From Trueperaceae bacterium (GTDB taxonomy: Bacteria; Deinococcota; Deinococci; Deinococcales; Trueperaceae), in NCBI GenBank assembly GCA_965215565.1, contig CBDCDZ010000004.1:2784001-2848000 (forward strand): a DNA stretch of 64,000 bases, in the 5' to 3' direction. Shown one piece after another: positions 1-10,192 of the stretch. The position numbers were made by a program, and so were the translations under genes. The notes below the pieces were generated by a model, which saw nothing but the letters and a program-made list of their open reading frames with translations, searched no databases and was not told the origin of the DNA. The stretch's first letter is position 1; each line of letters starts with the position of its first letter.

Positions 1-1915
1 TTGTATCCTCCAACGGTTCCAAAAAGAGGCTTTCGGTGACCTCTAAGCACACGTGTTCGGATGCCAAACCGCTCTCCTCTAAAACCTCGTCCAGCATGTG
101 CGTCAGACCCGCCCTTATCTGCGCCGCCGAGACGTTGACGGCGATGGTGAAGGGATGCCCCTCGCTGCGCCACATTTTCGCCTGCCTAAAGGCGGTGCGC
201 ATGAGCCAGCGGCTCAGGGGTTCGATGAGCCCGGTCTCTTCGGCGAGCGGGATAAAAGTGGCGGGCGCGATCATGCCGCGTTCGGGGTGGGGCCAGCGTA
301 AGAGCGCCTCCGCCCTGACGACGTGACCCGTTTGTAGGGACCAGATGGGCTGATAGTGGACGACGAACTCGCTGTATTCCAAGGCGCGGCGCAGGTCATT
401 TTCCAACTCCAAGCGTTCGACTGCTTGCGCGTGCATCGTCTCTTCGAACAGCGCGGTATGCGCCTTGCCACGTTTTTTCGCCTGGTGCAGCGCGGTGTGG
501 GCGCGGCGCAGCATCTCGGTGGGCGCAATCTCCTCGCCGCTACTGGCGAGCGGCTCGTCCACTAGCGCGACGCCGATGCCGACGCTGAGCCGCTGCTCGC
601 GCCCTTGAATGTAGAAGGGCTGCGCGAACGCCTCGCGTATCCCCTGGCTCACCCGCATGGCGTCTCTTTGAGCGTCCACGCGCGTAAGCAAGGCGAATTC
701 GTCGCCGCTCAGGTGCGCTAAGGTGTCCTCCGGCGGTAGTCCTCCTTTTAAGCGCTGCGCTACCCTTCGCAGGAGTTCGTCGCCGAAGTCGTGACCTAGA
801 CTGTCGTTGATGTTTTGAAAATTGTCGAGGTTGAGCATCAGTAAAGCTTGATTTGCTTGCGCCTCCTCCAAACGCTCCAAGAGGTGCTCGCGGTTGGGGA
901 GCCCCGTTAGGGAGTCGTGAAGCGTGCGGTAACGCAGCTTCGTCTCGGTCTCCTGCCGCGCCGACGTGACCGCGCCCAGTACCAAGCTAATGAGCGTTAG
1001 TGTCATGAGACCGAACTGCAAAGCTAGACCGCCGCTCCCACCGAAAGAAGGTCCGACGACCGCTGCGATAAAGATGTTCGCTAGCAGCACGGCGAACGCG
1101 ACCACTTCGAAGCCGTACCACACCGCCACAGCGATAAGCGGCACGAAGGCGAAGTAGTCGCGGTTGAGGTTGAGCCCCCGCTGACCCTGGTACGCAAGCG
1201 CAACCCCGAGCACGAGAAAGGCGAACAGCAGCACTCCTAGCCACCATTCACGGCGCGTGGGTAGGCGCAGTTCGACCTTGGAATGGGGCGCGTCGTCCGT
1301 CCATAACCACGGGGTTAGCCGTAAGGAGATGAGGAGGGGCGGCGCGAGTAAGCCTATACCCGTGGCGTCGCCCGCCCAAAACTGCATCGTCCTGAGCAAC
1401 CATTCCCGCCACACTTCTGCGCCCGCTAGCGCCAACGTCGTCACGCTGAAAGCGGCGATGACGAGCGGAAAGAGCGTCGCCGAGAAGAGAAACCAGCTCA
1501 CGTCACGCAGGGTGTAGAGGCGTGGGTTGACCTCCAATCTTTTGAGGAAGAGGACCAAAGCGCCGTAGCCTAACGCTTGAACAAAGGCGTAGAGCATGAT
1601 AAGGGCGTAGACGGCCGCGAGAGGCAGCCCAGATTCGGAGACGAGTGAACCTTTAGCGATGAAAGCGGCGAGGGCGACAGCGGGCAGGTAGCGTAGTCCG
1701 AACACCCACAAAATCACGACGTTCAAAGACGCCGCCGGGAACCAAACTGCCACTTCTGCAGCGGGAACAAAAGCGGAAGAAGCCCAGTCGAGAAGCTGAT
1801 AGCTAAGGACGTAGGCGAGGGTGATAACGGCGGCGCGTGCCCACGCAGGTAGTGCGAGCCAGCGGCGTTCTGCCCAGCTTTGAGGTTCCTTGTTTTGTGG
1901 ACGCACTTGAGTCAT
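1..1915 (-). CDS. MASE1-GGDEF-EAL membrane diguanylate cyclase/phosphodiesterase (runs off left edge)
   Basis: Not in ORF track. Manual translation from ATG at 1915: MTQVRPQNK...AVWFPAAS then a hydrophobic MASE1-like region, in-frame LSGDEF (712-695) and AEALLRW near 310. Confidence 0.85.
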   Translation of the reverse strand, partial: MTQVRPQNKEPQSWAERRWLALPAWARAAVITLAYVLSYQLLDWASSAFVPAAEVAVWFPAASLNVVILWVFGLRYLPAVALAAFIAKGSLVSESGLPLAAVYALIMLYAFVQALGYGALVLFLKRLEVNPRLYTLRDVSWFLFSATLFPLVIAAFSVTTLALAGAEVWREWLLRTMQFWAGDATGIGLLAPPLLISLRLTPWLWTDDAPHSKVELRLPTRREWWLGVLLFAFLVLGVALAYQGQRGLNLNRDYFAFVPLIAVAVWYGFEVVAFAVLLANIFIAAVVGPSFGGSGGLALQFGLMTLTLISLVLGAVTSARQETETKLRYRTLHDSLTGLPNREHLLERLEEAQANQALLMLNLDNFQNINDSLGHDFGDELLRRVAQRLKGGLPPEDTLAHLSGDEFALLTRVDAQRDAMRVSQGIREAFAQPFYIQGREQRLSVGIGVALVDEPLASSGEEIAPTEMLRRAHTALHQAKKRGKAHTALFEETMHAQAVERLELENDLRRALEYSEFVVHYQPIWSLQTGHVVRAEALLRWPHPERGMIAPATFIPLAEETGLIEPLSRWLMRTAFRQAKMWRSEGHPFTIAVNVSAAQIRAGLTHMLDEVLEESGLASEHVCLEVTESLFLEPLEDT

Positions 1916-2054
1916 CTGATTCACGTTGCTGCCCTCATACAAACTCCGTATAAATCCGCTGCACCTCAACCATACCCTAAAATTACGCCACACTGAATTC
2001 GGTATTTCAATTTCGAATCTAGCATTTCCAGCCGCGAACGGGTACGCTCGGGCT

Positions 2055-2933
2055 ATGTCTTTTACACTCCGAGGCGTCATTCCTCCCGTCCCCACGCCTT
2101 TTACTAAGTCGGGTGAGCTTGACGTGTCCGCGCTGCAGAGTTTAATCGCGGCGTTAGGGCCCTTTGTAGACGGCTTTCTCATCTTAGGCAGCAACGGCGA
2201 AGCGGTCTTCCTAAGTGAAGAGGAGCGCCGCACCGTGCTGGCGGCGGCGCGAGAGGTCATCCCGAAGGGTAAGCCGCTGATCGCGGGCACGGGCGGCGAA
2301 ACGACGCGGCTCGTGATGGAGCGCAATGAAGTGGCGGCGGAAGTCGGCGCGGATTACGCGCTCGTGTTAGCGCCGCACTACTACAAAGGTGGAATGACGG
2401 AAGAGGTCTTGCGAACCCACTTTGGGCGTGTGGCGGACGAGAGCCCGCTACCGCTCATGCTCTATAACATCCCTGCCGCCACGACGCTCAACCTCTCGCC
2501 TGCGCTTATCGCTACGCTCGCCAAACATAAGAACATCGTCGGGCTCAAAGACTCCTCGGGCAACGTCGGCGCGCTCACCGAGATCATGCGGCTCGTCCCG
2601 GAGGACTTCACGGTCTTTACAGGCAACGCGCCCACCCTCTTAGCGGCACTCTCGCTCGGCGCGAAGGGCGGCATCTTGGCGGTAGCGAACGTCGCGGCGG
2701 AAGAATACGGGCAGATAGTAGCGCACTTTGAAAGAGGTGAGATGGAGCAGGCTCGAGCCCTACAACTCAACATGAACCCGCTCGCCCTAGCCGTCACCTC
2801 TCGCTACGGCGTGCCGGGCTTAAAAGCGGTCTTGAGGCTGCAGGGACACGGGGCGGGCTATCCGCGAGCGCCCCTTCTGGATGTGAGCGAAGAGGTTGTG
2901 AGGGAACTCGAGGGGTTGATCTCGAGCCTCTGA
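2055..2933 (+). CDS. Dihydrodipicolinate synthase (DapA)-family aldolase
   Basis: GSNGE, LYNIP, GLKDSSG motifs. Start moved to ATG 2055, preceded by TACGCT-N6. Confidence 0.88.
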   Translation: MSFTLRGVIPPVPTPFTKSGELDVSALQSLIAALGPFVDGFLILGSNGEAVFLSEEERRTVLAAAREVIPKGKPLIAGTGGETTRLVMERNEVAAEVGADYALVLAPHYYKGGMTEEVLRTHFGRVADESPLPLMLYNIPAATTLNLSPALIATLAKHKNIVGLKDSSGNVGALTEIMRLVPEDFTVFTGNAPTLLAALSLGAKGGILAVANVAAEEYGQIVAHFERGEMEQARALQLNMNPLALAVTSRYGVPGLKAVLRLQGHGAGYPRAPLLDVSEEVVRELEGLISSL

Positions 2934-2949
2934 GAGCCCGCTCAGATTC

Positions 2950-3062
2950 ATGAATCCCCCCTACGAAGCAGCGCTGTATTCGAATTGAGGTGAGACGGCG
3001 CTGTGTAGGGGCAGGTTTCAAACCTTACCCTACGCCGTCCGCGTTGACGGACCCATGCGTGA
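2950..3062. repeat. GTAG-type REP/REPIN-like element, copy 1
   Basis: GTAGGGGCAGGTTTCAAACCTTACCCTAC palindrome at 3005-3033; about 110 bp alignable to 4954-5062. Confidence 0.75.
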
Positions 3063-3184
3063 CGATACGCGGGAGATTTTTGGTGCCCTTACGCTCCTTT
3101 TTCTCATGAGGTAAACTGCGCCATCGCATTCATGAGAGGAGAGTCTATCCGCTTCGGACGAACATCTTTTGAGAGAGGAGCTTC

Positions 3185-4915
3185 ATGAGGTACTTCTGTT
3201 TGGTTTTACTGGTTGTTTTTATGGCGAGTGCCGCCGCGCAGAGCACGCAAACGGGCACGGGCGGCGCAGTCGCCACCGTGGACGAACTCGCCACGCAAGT
3301 TGGCATCCGAGTGTTGGAGGAGGGCGGCAACGCCGTAGACGCGGCGATTGCGGCAGCCGCCGTCATCAACGTCACGCAACCTTTTAGCGCGGGCATCGGC
3401 GGGGGCGGCTTCATGCTGGTATACCTAGCCGAAGAGGACCGTGTGGTCACCATTGATTCGCGCGAGATGGCTCCTCTAGCGGCGACGCCCGACATGTTCA
3501 TCGACGAAGAGACGGGCGAGTCCATCCCTTTTCGTCCAGAGAGAATCTCGAGCGGTCTCTCCGTCGGCGTACCCGGTACCTTGGCGGGCTGGCAAGTTGC
3601 CTTGGAACGCTACGGCACGATCAGCTTGGCGGACGCCCTAGAACCTGCGATTGAGATTGCTGAAGAAGGTTTCGAGGTCAATCAGGTTTTTCATGACCAG
3701 GTAGAGGGAAACTTGGAGAGGTTCGAGGCGTTCACCTCGACGAGTGACCTCTTTTTGGAGGACGGCGCGCCGCCCGAAGTCGGCAGCACCTTCACGAACC
3801 CCGAACTCGCGGAGACCTTTCGCCTGATCGCGGAAGAGGGCACGGATGTTTTGTACCGGGGCGAGCTTGGCGAGGACCTCGTCGCCGCTGTGCAGAGTCC
3901 ACCGACGGTGGATAATCCCCCCTTCGAGGTGCGCCCGCAAGAGATGACGATGGCAGACCTCGACCTCTACGACGCCTTGGTGCGCGAACCCGTGAGCGCC
4001 GAGTATCGCGGCTACACGGTCTACGGCATGGCTCCGCCAACGAGTGGCGGTCTTACCATCGGGCTTATTCTCAACCTCTTGGAATCGCCCGAACTAAGTG
4101 ACTTGCCCGAGGCGGAGGCGCTCCACAGGATGCTCGAGGCGAGCCGCTTGGCCTACTCGGATAGGGGCGCGTATATGGGCGACGCAGACTTCGTGAACGT
4201 CCCCGTGGAGGGGCTTCTCTCCCAAGACTACGCGGACATGAGGAGCGGAGAGATCACGCTCGAGGCGGGCAGCGACCCCGCGCCAGGCAACCCGTTCGAA
4301 TTTCAAGACGACCCGAGCCCGCCCCTCGGACCACCTGATGAAGCCGACACCGAAAGCGAGAGCACCACGCACCTCGTGACGGCGGACGAAGCGGGCAACG
4401 CGGTCAGCTTCACGACGACGATCGAGCAGATTGGTGGCAGCGCCATCGTCGTGCCGGGGCGCGGCTTCTTGCTGAACAACGAACTCACCGATTTCAGCAG
4501 CGATCCGGTAGGACCGAACGCGCCCGAACCGCTCAAACGTCCGCGTTCGTCCATGTCGCCGACGATTGTGCTCGAGGACGGCGACTTGCGCATCGCACTC
4601 GGCACGCCGGGCGGCAGCACCATCATCACAACGGTGACGCAAGTGCTTCTCAACGTGATCGACTTCGAGATGAGCCTGCCCGAAGCCATCAACGCGCCGA
4701 GGCTGTCGCAGCGCAACGGCGACGACACGACGGTTGAGGAGAGCGTGCCCGAGGAACTGCTGACCGAGCTAGGCGTGTTTGGGCACACCTTCAGTGAAAC
4801 GGACGAGCTTGGCGCGTCGGTTGGGCTCTTCTTTACCGAAGAGGGCACGATAGTCGCCGCTGCCGAGGCGGAGCGGCGGGGTGGGGGAACGGCTCGAGTC
4901 GTTTCACCTGAATGA
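3185..4915 (+). CDS. ggt: Gamma-glutamyltransferase (secreted)
   Basis: Signal peptide, GGNAVDAA, GIGGGGF, catalytic TTH, RSSMSP, GTPGG motifs. Confidence 0.95.
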   Translation: MRYFCLVLLVVFMASAAAQSTQTGTGGAVATVDELATQVGIRVLEEGGNAVDAAIAAAAVINVTQPFSAGIGGGGFMLVYLAEEDRVVTIDSREMAPLAATPDMFIDEETGESIPFRPERISSGLSVGVPGTLAGWQVALERYGTISLADALEPAIEIAEEGFEVNQVFHDQVEGNLERFEAFTSTSDLFLEDGAPPEVGSTFTNPELAETFRLIAEEGTDVLYRGELGEDLVAAVQSPPTVDNPPFEVRPQEMTMADLDLYDALVREPVSAEYRGYTVYGMAPPTSGGLTIGLILNLLESPELSDLPEAEALHRMLEASRLAYSDRGAYMGDADFVNVPVEGLLSQDYADMRSGEITLEAGSDPAPGNPFEFQDDPSPPLGPPDEADTESESTTHLVTADEAGNAVSFTTTIEQIGGSAIVVPGRGFLLNNELTDFSSDPVGPNAPEPLKRPRSSMSPTIVLEDGDLRIALGTPGGSTIITTVTQVLLNVIDFEMSLPEAINAPRLSQRNGDDTTVEESVPEELLTELGVFGHTFSETDELGASVGLFFTEEGTIVAAAEAERRGGGTARVVSPE

Positions 4916-4929
4916 TTTGCTGACGCGGC

Positions 4930-5062
4930 GTAGGGGCACATATTTGTCACTGTATGAATCTTCCCTACGGGGTAGCGTTACATTCGGCTACACGTGGTGC
5001 TGATGTAGGGGCAGGTTTGCAACCTTCTCCTACGCCGTTTGCGCCAGCGGACGAATGTTTGA
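4930..5062. repeat. GTAG-type REP/REPIN-like element, copy 2
   Basis: GTAGGGGC...CCCTAC (4930-4968) plus GTAGGGGCAGGTTTGCAACCTTCTCCTAC (5005-5033). Confidence 0.75.
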
Positions 5063-5133
5063 GGCTCGAGAGTCAAAAACCTAACGCCTCATGGCTCACA
5101 TCGCGATTTATATAGCGGCGTTAGGGTCAATCT

Positions 5134-6768
5134 ATGTTCCTGCCCACCTCTTTCCAACGCTACTTGCCGATCGTCAACCAGGTGTGGCGACTTTCCTTGC
5201 CCGTCATCCTGACCTTTTTATTGCAGAGCTTAGTCAACATCGTAGACGTCTTTATGGCGGGGCGGCTCGGTCCTGTTTCAGTGGCTGCGGTGGGCATGGC
5301 GACGACGTTGCGGATGCTCGTCTTCATCGGGATTTTGTCGGTGACTGCGGGCGCGATGGCGCTCGCGGCGCAGGCGAAAGGCTCTCGTGACCCCGCCCAA
5401 CTCTCTTTCGTCGCGAAGCAGTCGCTCTTACTCACCACAATTCTCGCGCTGACATTGAGCGTTCTCGGCTACGTCGCCGCCGAGCCGCTGCTGACCTTTT
5501 TGAACAGCGGCGGCAACCCCGAAGCGGTGGCGCTCGGGACGAGCTATCTACAAATCCTCTTCGTCGGCACGGTTTTTCTCACGGGCAACTTCGCCATCAA
5601 CAGCCTTATGCAAGGCGCGGGTGACACGGTGACGCCGCTTTACCTAAGCGGCGGTACGAACCTGTTCAACATTTTGCTCAGCTACGGGTTGATGTTCGGT
5701 CCTGGTCCGCTGCCTGCTTTTGGACTCGACGGGGCGGCGTTGGGGACGATTCTCGCGAGGATGTTAGCCGTGGGCGTCGGTCTCTACCTCTTGTATTCAG
5801 GTAAGAACGTCGTCAAGATTTTGCCGGGCTCGTACCTGCCTGACCTCTCGATGTTTAGAGACATCCTCGCTATCGGCATTCCGTCAGGATTGCAGGGCGT
5901 AGCGCGCAACGCGGCGCAGCTCTTCGTGATGCGCATCGTGACCTCGACCGCGGCGGGGACGTACGGCGCGGCGGCGCTAGCCATCGGCCTGCAAGTGGAG
6001 TCGTTCGCGTTTATGCCGGGCATCGCTTTGAGCGTCGCGGCGACGAGCCTGGTGGGGCAGTCTTTAGGCGCGTGGCAGCTTGGAGACGCAAGATTGAGGG
6101 GCAATCTGGCGCTCCTCCTCGGCGCGTTGGTCATGTCGGGAATGGCGGTGCCGCTCTTTTTGTTCGCGCCGCAACTCGTCGTGCTGTTCGAGCCGAGCGC
6201 GCATCCGACGGTAGTCTCGGCGGGCGCGTCGTACATCCGTATCAACGCGCTCTTCCAGCCTGTACTAGCAGTTGCGATGGTCATCAACGGCGCGTTACGC
6301 GGTGCAGGCGATACGCGCCCCGGTCTCGTCGGGACGATCATCGGACGGTGGCTCGTGGTTGTGCCGCTCGCTTACGTGCTCGCGATTGTGCTCGGGTTCG
6401 GCGTGCAGGGCGTGTGGTGGTCACTCGTCATCGGCACGTCGGTGCAGGCGCTTTACGTGCTCGTCCGGTGGCGCAGCCGCGTCTGGGTGGACGTGGCGCT
6501 CCACAAGACGAAGCTCTACCGTGACGTGTTGCAACCGCTCCCCGAAAAGGTGCAGTGGCGCTACCTGAACGAAGTGCGCACCCCCTTTATGGCGACGCCC
6601 GATGCGACGGAGCATGTGGACGCGGGCGGCGTGAGGTACGACTTGGGACACAAGACTGTCTACGTCCGCTTTTTCAAAGATGGCTACGAAGTTTTGGATA
6701 GAGAAGAAAATATCAAAGCTAGCGTGAAGGCTTATCCCAGGGTCCAAGTCGCCCCCGCTTACGATTAG
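5134..6768 (+). CDS. MATE family efflux transporter
   Basis: About 12 TM segments, repeated GAGDT motifs, soluble C-terminal extension. Confidence 0.92.
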   Translation: MFLPTSFQRYLPIVNQVWRLSLPVILTFLLQSLVNIVDVFMAGRLGPVSVAAVGMATTLRMLVFIGILSVTAGAMALAAQAKGSRDPAQLSFVAKQSLLLTTILALTLSVLGYVAAEPLLTFLNSGGNPEAVALGTSYLQILFVGTVFLTGNFAINSLMQGAGDTVTPLYLSGGTNLFNILLSYGLMFGPGPLPAFGLDGAALGTILARMLAVGVGLYLLYSGKNVVKILPGSYLPDLSMFRDILAIGIPSGLQGVARNAAQLFVMRIVTSTAAGTYGAAALAIGLQVESFAFMPGIALSVAATSLVGQSLGAWQLGDARLRGNLALLLGALVMSGMAVPLFLFAPQLVVLFEPSAHPTVVSAGASYIRINALFQPVLAVAMVINGALRGAGDTRPGLVGTIIGRWLVVVPLAYVLAIVLGFGVQGVWWSLVIGTSVQALYVLVRWRSRVWVDVALHKTKLYRDVLQPLPEKVQWRYLNEVRTPFMATPDATEHVDAGGVRYDLGHKTVYVRFFKDGYEVLDREENIKASVKAYPRVQVAPAYD

Positions 6769-6934
6769 TCCTCGTTCGCGTAACCTCTTCACAGTGGGTT
6801 GACGGTGGTTCGCCAATGTCCAGCTCGGACCTCTTATCGGAAGCTGTGCTTGGAGCAACAATTTAAGGTAAATTTAAGGTATTTTGGTCATTCGAACATC
6901 CAGAGATTTGTGTGACTCGTGGTAATCTAATCCC

Positions 6935-7969
6935 ATGAGCATGGACGGCGACGGCGCGAATAGACCCCGTAAGTTGGCGGATTACGTGGGGCAAGACAAA
7001 CTCAAAGAGAAGCTGAAGGTGTACCTCGAGGCGACCAAAAATCGCGGCGAAGCCCTCGACCACGTCTTGCTCTACGGTCCCCCCGGACTCGGTAAAACGA
7101 CCTTGGCGCACATCATCGCCTACGAACTCGGCGTGGGCATCCGCACGACGAGCGGTCCTGCGATTGAGAAACCCGGCGACTTGGCCGCCATCTTGACGAA
7201 CGCCATTGACGAAAACGACGTTCTTTTCATCGACGAGATTCACCGCTTAGGGCGCGTCGCCGAGGAGCATCTCTACCCCGCGATGGAAGACTTCAAGGTG
7301 GATATTATCTTAGGACAAGGTCCCGCCGCCCGCACCATCCGCCTCGACTTACCGCGCTTCACGCTTGTAGGCGCAACCACGCGCCCCGGGCTCATCACGG
7401 GACCGATGCGCAGCCGCTTCGGGATTTTGGAGCACCTGGAGTACTACACCACCGAGGAACTCGCGCAAGGGGTGACGAGGGACGCGGAAATCATGGGCTT
7501 TGTTTTAGAACCCGCCGCCGCACTAGAGATAGGACGCCGCGCACGCGGCACCATGCGCATCGCGAAGCGGCTTCTGCGCCGTGTTCGTGACTTCGCGCAA
7601 GTGGCGGGCGAAGAGACCGTCGCGTTAGCGAGAGCGCAGCACGCGCTCAATGAACTCGGCATTGACGGCCTTGGTTTGGACGCAAGGGACCGCCTCATCT
7701 TAGAGACGATGATTTGCAAATTTGCAGGCGGACCCGTGGGTTTAGGCACACTCGCTACGGCAATTGGCGAAGACCAAGCGACGCTAGAAGAGGTCTATGA
7801 GCCCTTTTTGATTCAGCTTGGCTTTATCAAGCGCACGCCGAGAGGTAGGGTTGCCACGGAAAACGCTTACAAGCATCTCGGCTACGCCTACACCCGGAGT
7901 GACCAGCGTGATTTGTTCGAGTTTGACGCGCCCGTAGACGAAGACGACCTCATCAAAGAGGAGAATTGA
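6935..7969 (+). CDS. ruvB: Holliday junction branch migration helicase RuvB
   Basis: [33 protein letters not shown]. Confidence 0.98.
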   Translation: MSMDGDGANRPRKLADYVGQDKLKEKLKVYLEATKNRGEALDHVLLYGPPGLGKTTLAHIIAYELGVGIRTTSGPAIEKPGDLAAILTNAIDENDVLFIDEIHRLGRVAEEHLYPAMEDFKVDIILGQGPAARTIRLDLPRFTLVGATTRPGLITGPMRSRFGILEHLEYYTTEELAQGVTRDAEIMGFVLEPAAALEIGRRARGTMRIAKRLLRRVRDFAQVAGEETVALARAQHALNELGIDGLGLDARDRLILETMICKFAGGPVGLGTLATAIGEDQATLEEVYEPFLIQLGFIKRTPRGRVATENAYKHLGYAYTRSDQRDLFEFDAPVDEDDLIKEEN

Positions 7970-8020
7970 CGTCGAAGCAGCCTAGCGGCGTTTCCGTAAA
8001 AGTCTGAGCCGACGCACTTC

Positions 8021-8054
8021 CTGGGTAGATAAAAACGAAGTTTTATCTACCCAG
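8021..8054. terminator. Hairpin between convergent genes
   Basis: Perfect 14-bp stem CTGGGTAGATAAAA / TTTTATCTACCCAG. Confidence 0.6.
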
Positions 8055-8105
8055 TCTCGTATCTACCCTATTGAAGACATTTGCGAAGTCGTTAGCGGGC
8101 TTTTA

Positions 8106-9950
8106 TCACTCGAGTAGATCGGCGAGGTATACGAGCGCCGCCGAACTCCAGGCCTGTGGGCGGCAGGCGGTCGGGTAGGGGATGGGCGGCGCGTCGGTGC
8201 GCGCGTAGCCTGCAACCAGTTCGGGCGGGCGCAAGTCGGGTTGGCTTGTGCTCAGGTCGAACATTGCTCTGGCAATTCTGAGCGCGTCCGCTTGGAAGCC
8301 GTAACGTCGCAGACCGCCCGCTACGAGCGCGGTGTCGTGCGGCCAGACCGAGCCGTTGTGGTAGGAAACAGGGTTATAGCGTCCTGCGCTTTTACCAAGG
8401 GTGCGCACGCCCCAACCCGTCCAGGTCTCTGGACCCATCAGGCTCTTAATGAGTGCGGGCGCAGTCTCTTCGGGTACGATGCCCGTCCAGAGCAGATGTC
8501 CCGCTCCCGAACTGTGAACCTCGAGGGGGCGCTTCTCGCTGTCCAAGGCCATCGCGTAGGTCTGCAAGTCCTCGAGCCAAAACGCTTCGTGGAAACGCCT
8601 CTTGAGTCTGCTCGCCCGCTCTTGCCAAGTTTGAGCTTGTTTGGTCTCTCCGAGATCGCGGTAAAAGCCCGCCGCCGCCCGATACGCTGCGTAGGCGTAA
8701 CCCTGCACCTCGCACACCGCTAGCTTGCCCCAAGCCAGCGTTCCATCCGCGTGACTCACCGAATCCTCCGAGTCCTTCCAGGACTGAAAGAACAACCCCT
8801 GGTCTCGGCTAGCGCCGGTAAACTCCAAGAAGCCGTCGCCGTCCGCGTCCCCATAGTTGGTTAGCCAAGTAAGCGCAGCTTCCCAGCAGGGACGCAGTTC
8901 TCGTACAAAATCGAGGTCTTTATTCGTTTCATAAAGCTTGCCTAGCACCATAACGAAGAGCGGCGTGGCGTCCACAGTGCCGTAGTAAGGTCCGAAAGGG
9001 ACCTCGCCCGTACGTGTCAGCTCACCCGCGCGCAGTTCGTGCATAATTTTGCCGGGTTGCGCAACGCGGAAGTCGTCTGTTTCCGTAGCCTGATGACGCG
9101 CTAAGTAGCGCAACGTACCCTCAGCCACTTCTGGTGCGCGGGGCAGCAGCATATGCGCAGTTAGAAGTGAGTCGCGCCCGAAAGCGGCTGCGAACCAAGG
9201 GATGCCCGCAGCGGGGATGGTGCCCGCCTCGTTGAAGAGAAGGAGCGCGCGCAAGTCGTTGACCGCGCGCGCTAGCACGCCAGCGTCCGGTGGGTGAGTC
9301 ATCTCTAGGTCAGCGAACTGCTCACGCCAAGCGTCGTAACTTACCGGGTTCATTGCGCCGGTCTCCAGCGGGTTATTAGTGTGAATGTTGACCTCTAGTG
9401 ATCGCTCGCTTTTAGGAGGTAGCTCGAGCCTAAAGACCAGCGCCTCTCCCTCCACCTCGAAAGGCTCGGAGAAGCTGACCTCCACCGCTAGCTCTAGGTC
9501 GTCGGCGGTAGTGTAGGTGAAGCGCACGCGCCCATCTTCAACGTGCTTAGCGGCTGAGCGTGACCGCTTCGGCCAGCCACGCACCTCGAATAAGTCGGCG
9601 AAGTCGTTGTCTAAGGACAGCTCGAGCCTGAGCACCTTTGCGTCAAGTAGGGGATTCTCGAGGGTCAGACGGTCGCTCAGCCAACCATCTCCGATAGCGA
9701 GCTGGCGCTTCACGGCGGCAACCTGGCGGTGGTGGTCAAGCTCTGCGTGGTGCAGCTCGAGCGTGTCTGGGCGTGGGCTATGAACTGAAAGCGTCTGTGT
9801 CTGGCCTGGAAGACGCCATTCGTAGTGACTCAAAAAGCGCGTGTCGCGGTTGTAGAGCCCATGTTCGCCTCCCGCGACGCGCCCTCCAGCGTCACCCACG
9901 AAAAAGGTGTAGTTCTCACTTAAGACTGTGTTTTCGATAACGTTTTTCAC
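8106..9950 (-). CDS. Amylo-alpha-1,6-glucosidase / glycogen debranching family protein
   Basis: AGIPWF..FGRD, YYGTVDAT, WKDS, YHNGSVWPHD, PQAWS; GTG start with AGGAGG SD. Confidence 0.9.
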   Translation of the reverse strand: MKNVIENTVLSENYTFFVGDAGGRVAGGEHGLYNRDTRFLSHYEWRLPGQTQTLSVHSPRPDTLELHHAELDHHRQVAAVKRQLAIGDGWLSDRLTLENPLLDAKVLRLELSLDNDFADLFEVRGWPKRSRSAAKHVEDGRVRFTYTTADDLELAVEVSFSEPFEVEGEALVFRLELPPKSERSLEVNIHTNNPLETGAMNPVSYDAWREQFADLEMTHPPDAGVLARAVNDLRALLLFNEAGTIPAAGIPWFAAAFGRDSLLTAHMLLPRAPEVAEGTLRYLARHQATETDDFRVAQPGKIMHELRAGELTRTGEVPFGPYYGTVDATPLFVMVLGKLYETNKDLDFVRELRPCWEAALTWLTNYGDADGDGFLEFTGASRDQGLFFQSWKDSEDSVSHADGTLAWGKLAVCEVQGYAYAAYRAAAGFYRDLGETKQAQTWQERASRLKRRFHEAFWLEDLQTYAMALDSEKRPLEVHSSGAGHLLWTGIVPEETAPALIKSLMGPETWTGWGVRTLGKSAGRYNPVSYHNGSVWPHDTALVAGGLRRYGFQADALRIARAMFDLSTSQPDLRPPELVAGYARTDAPPIPYPTACRPQAWSSAALVYLADLLE

Positions 9951-10192
9951 GGTTGATTCTAACCTCCTAAGCGCCGCTCGCTTGGGTTTCTGCTCTTCGG
10001 GTTTGACTCGAGCCCTGACAGCAGATATGAGTACGAAGAGAGAAATCTCGCCTAGTCTTACTCACTTCCCTACTAAACTAAACCCTACTGTGATAGAAGG
10101 TCTTTTAAGTCACTAAGCCTGTATCACGCAAGTCTCATCACCGAAAGTGCGTGCTAAACTATGTCTTCTCTCTTCAGATTGGCCCAAACTAG

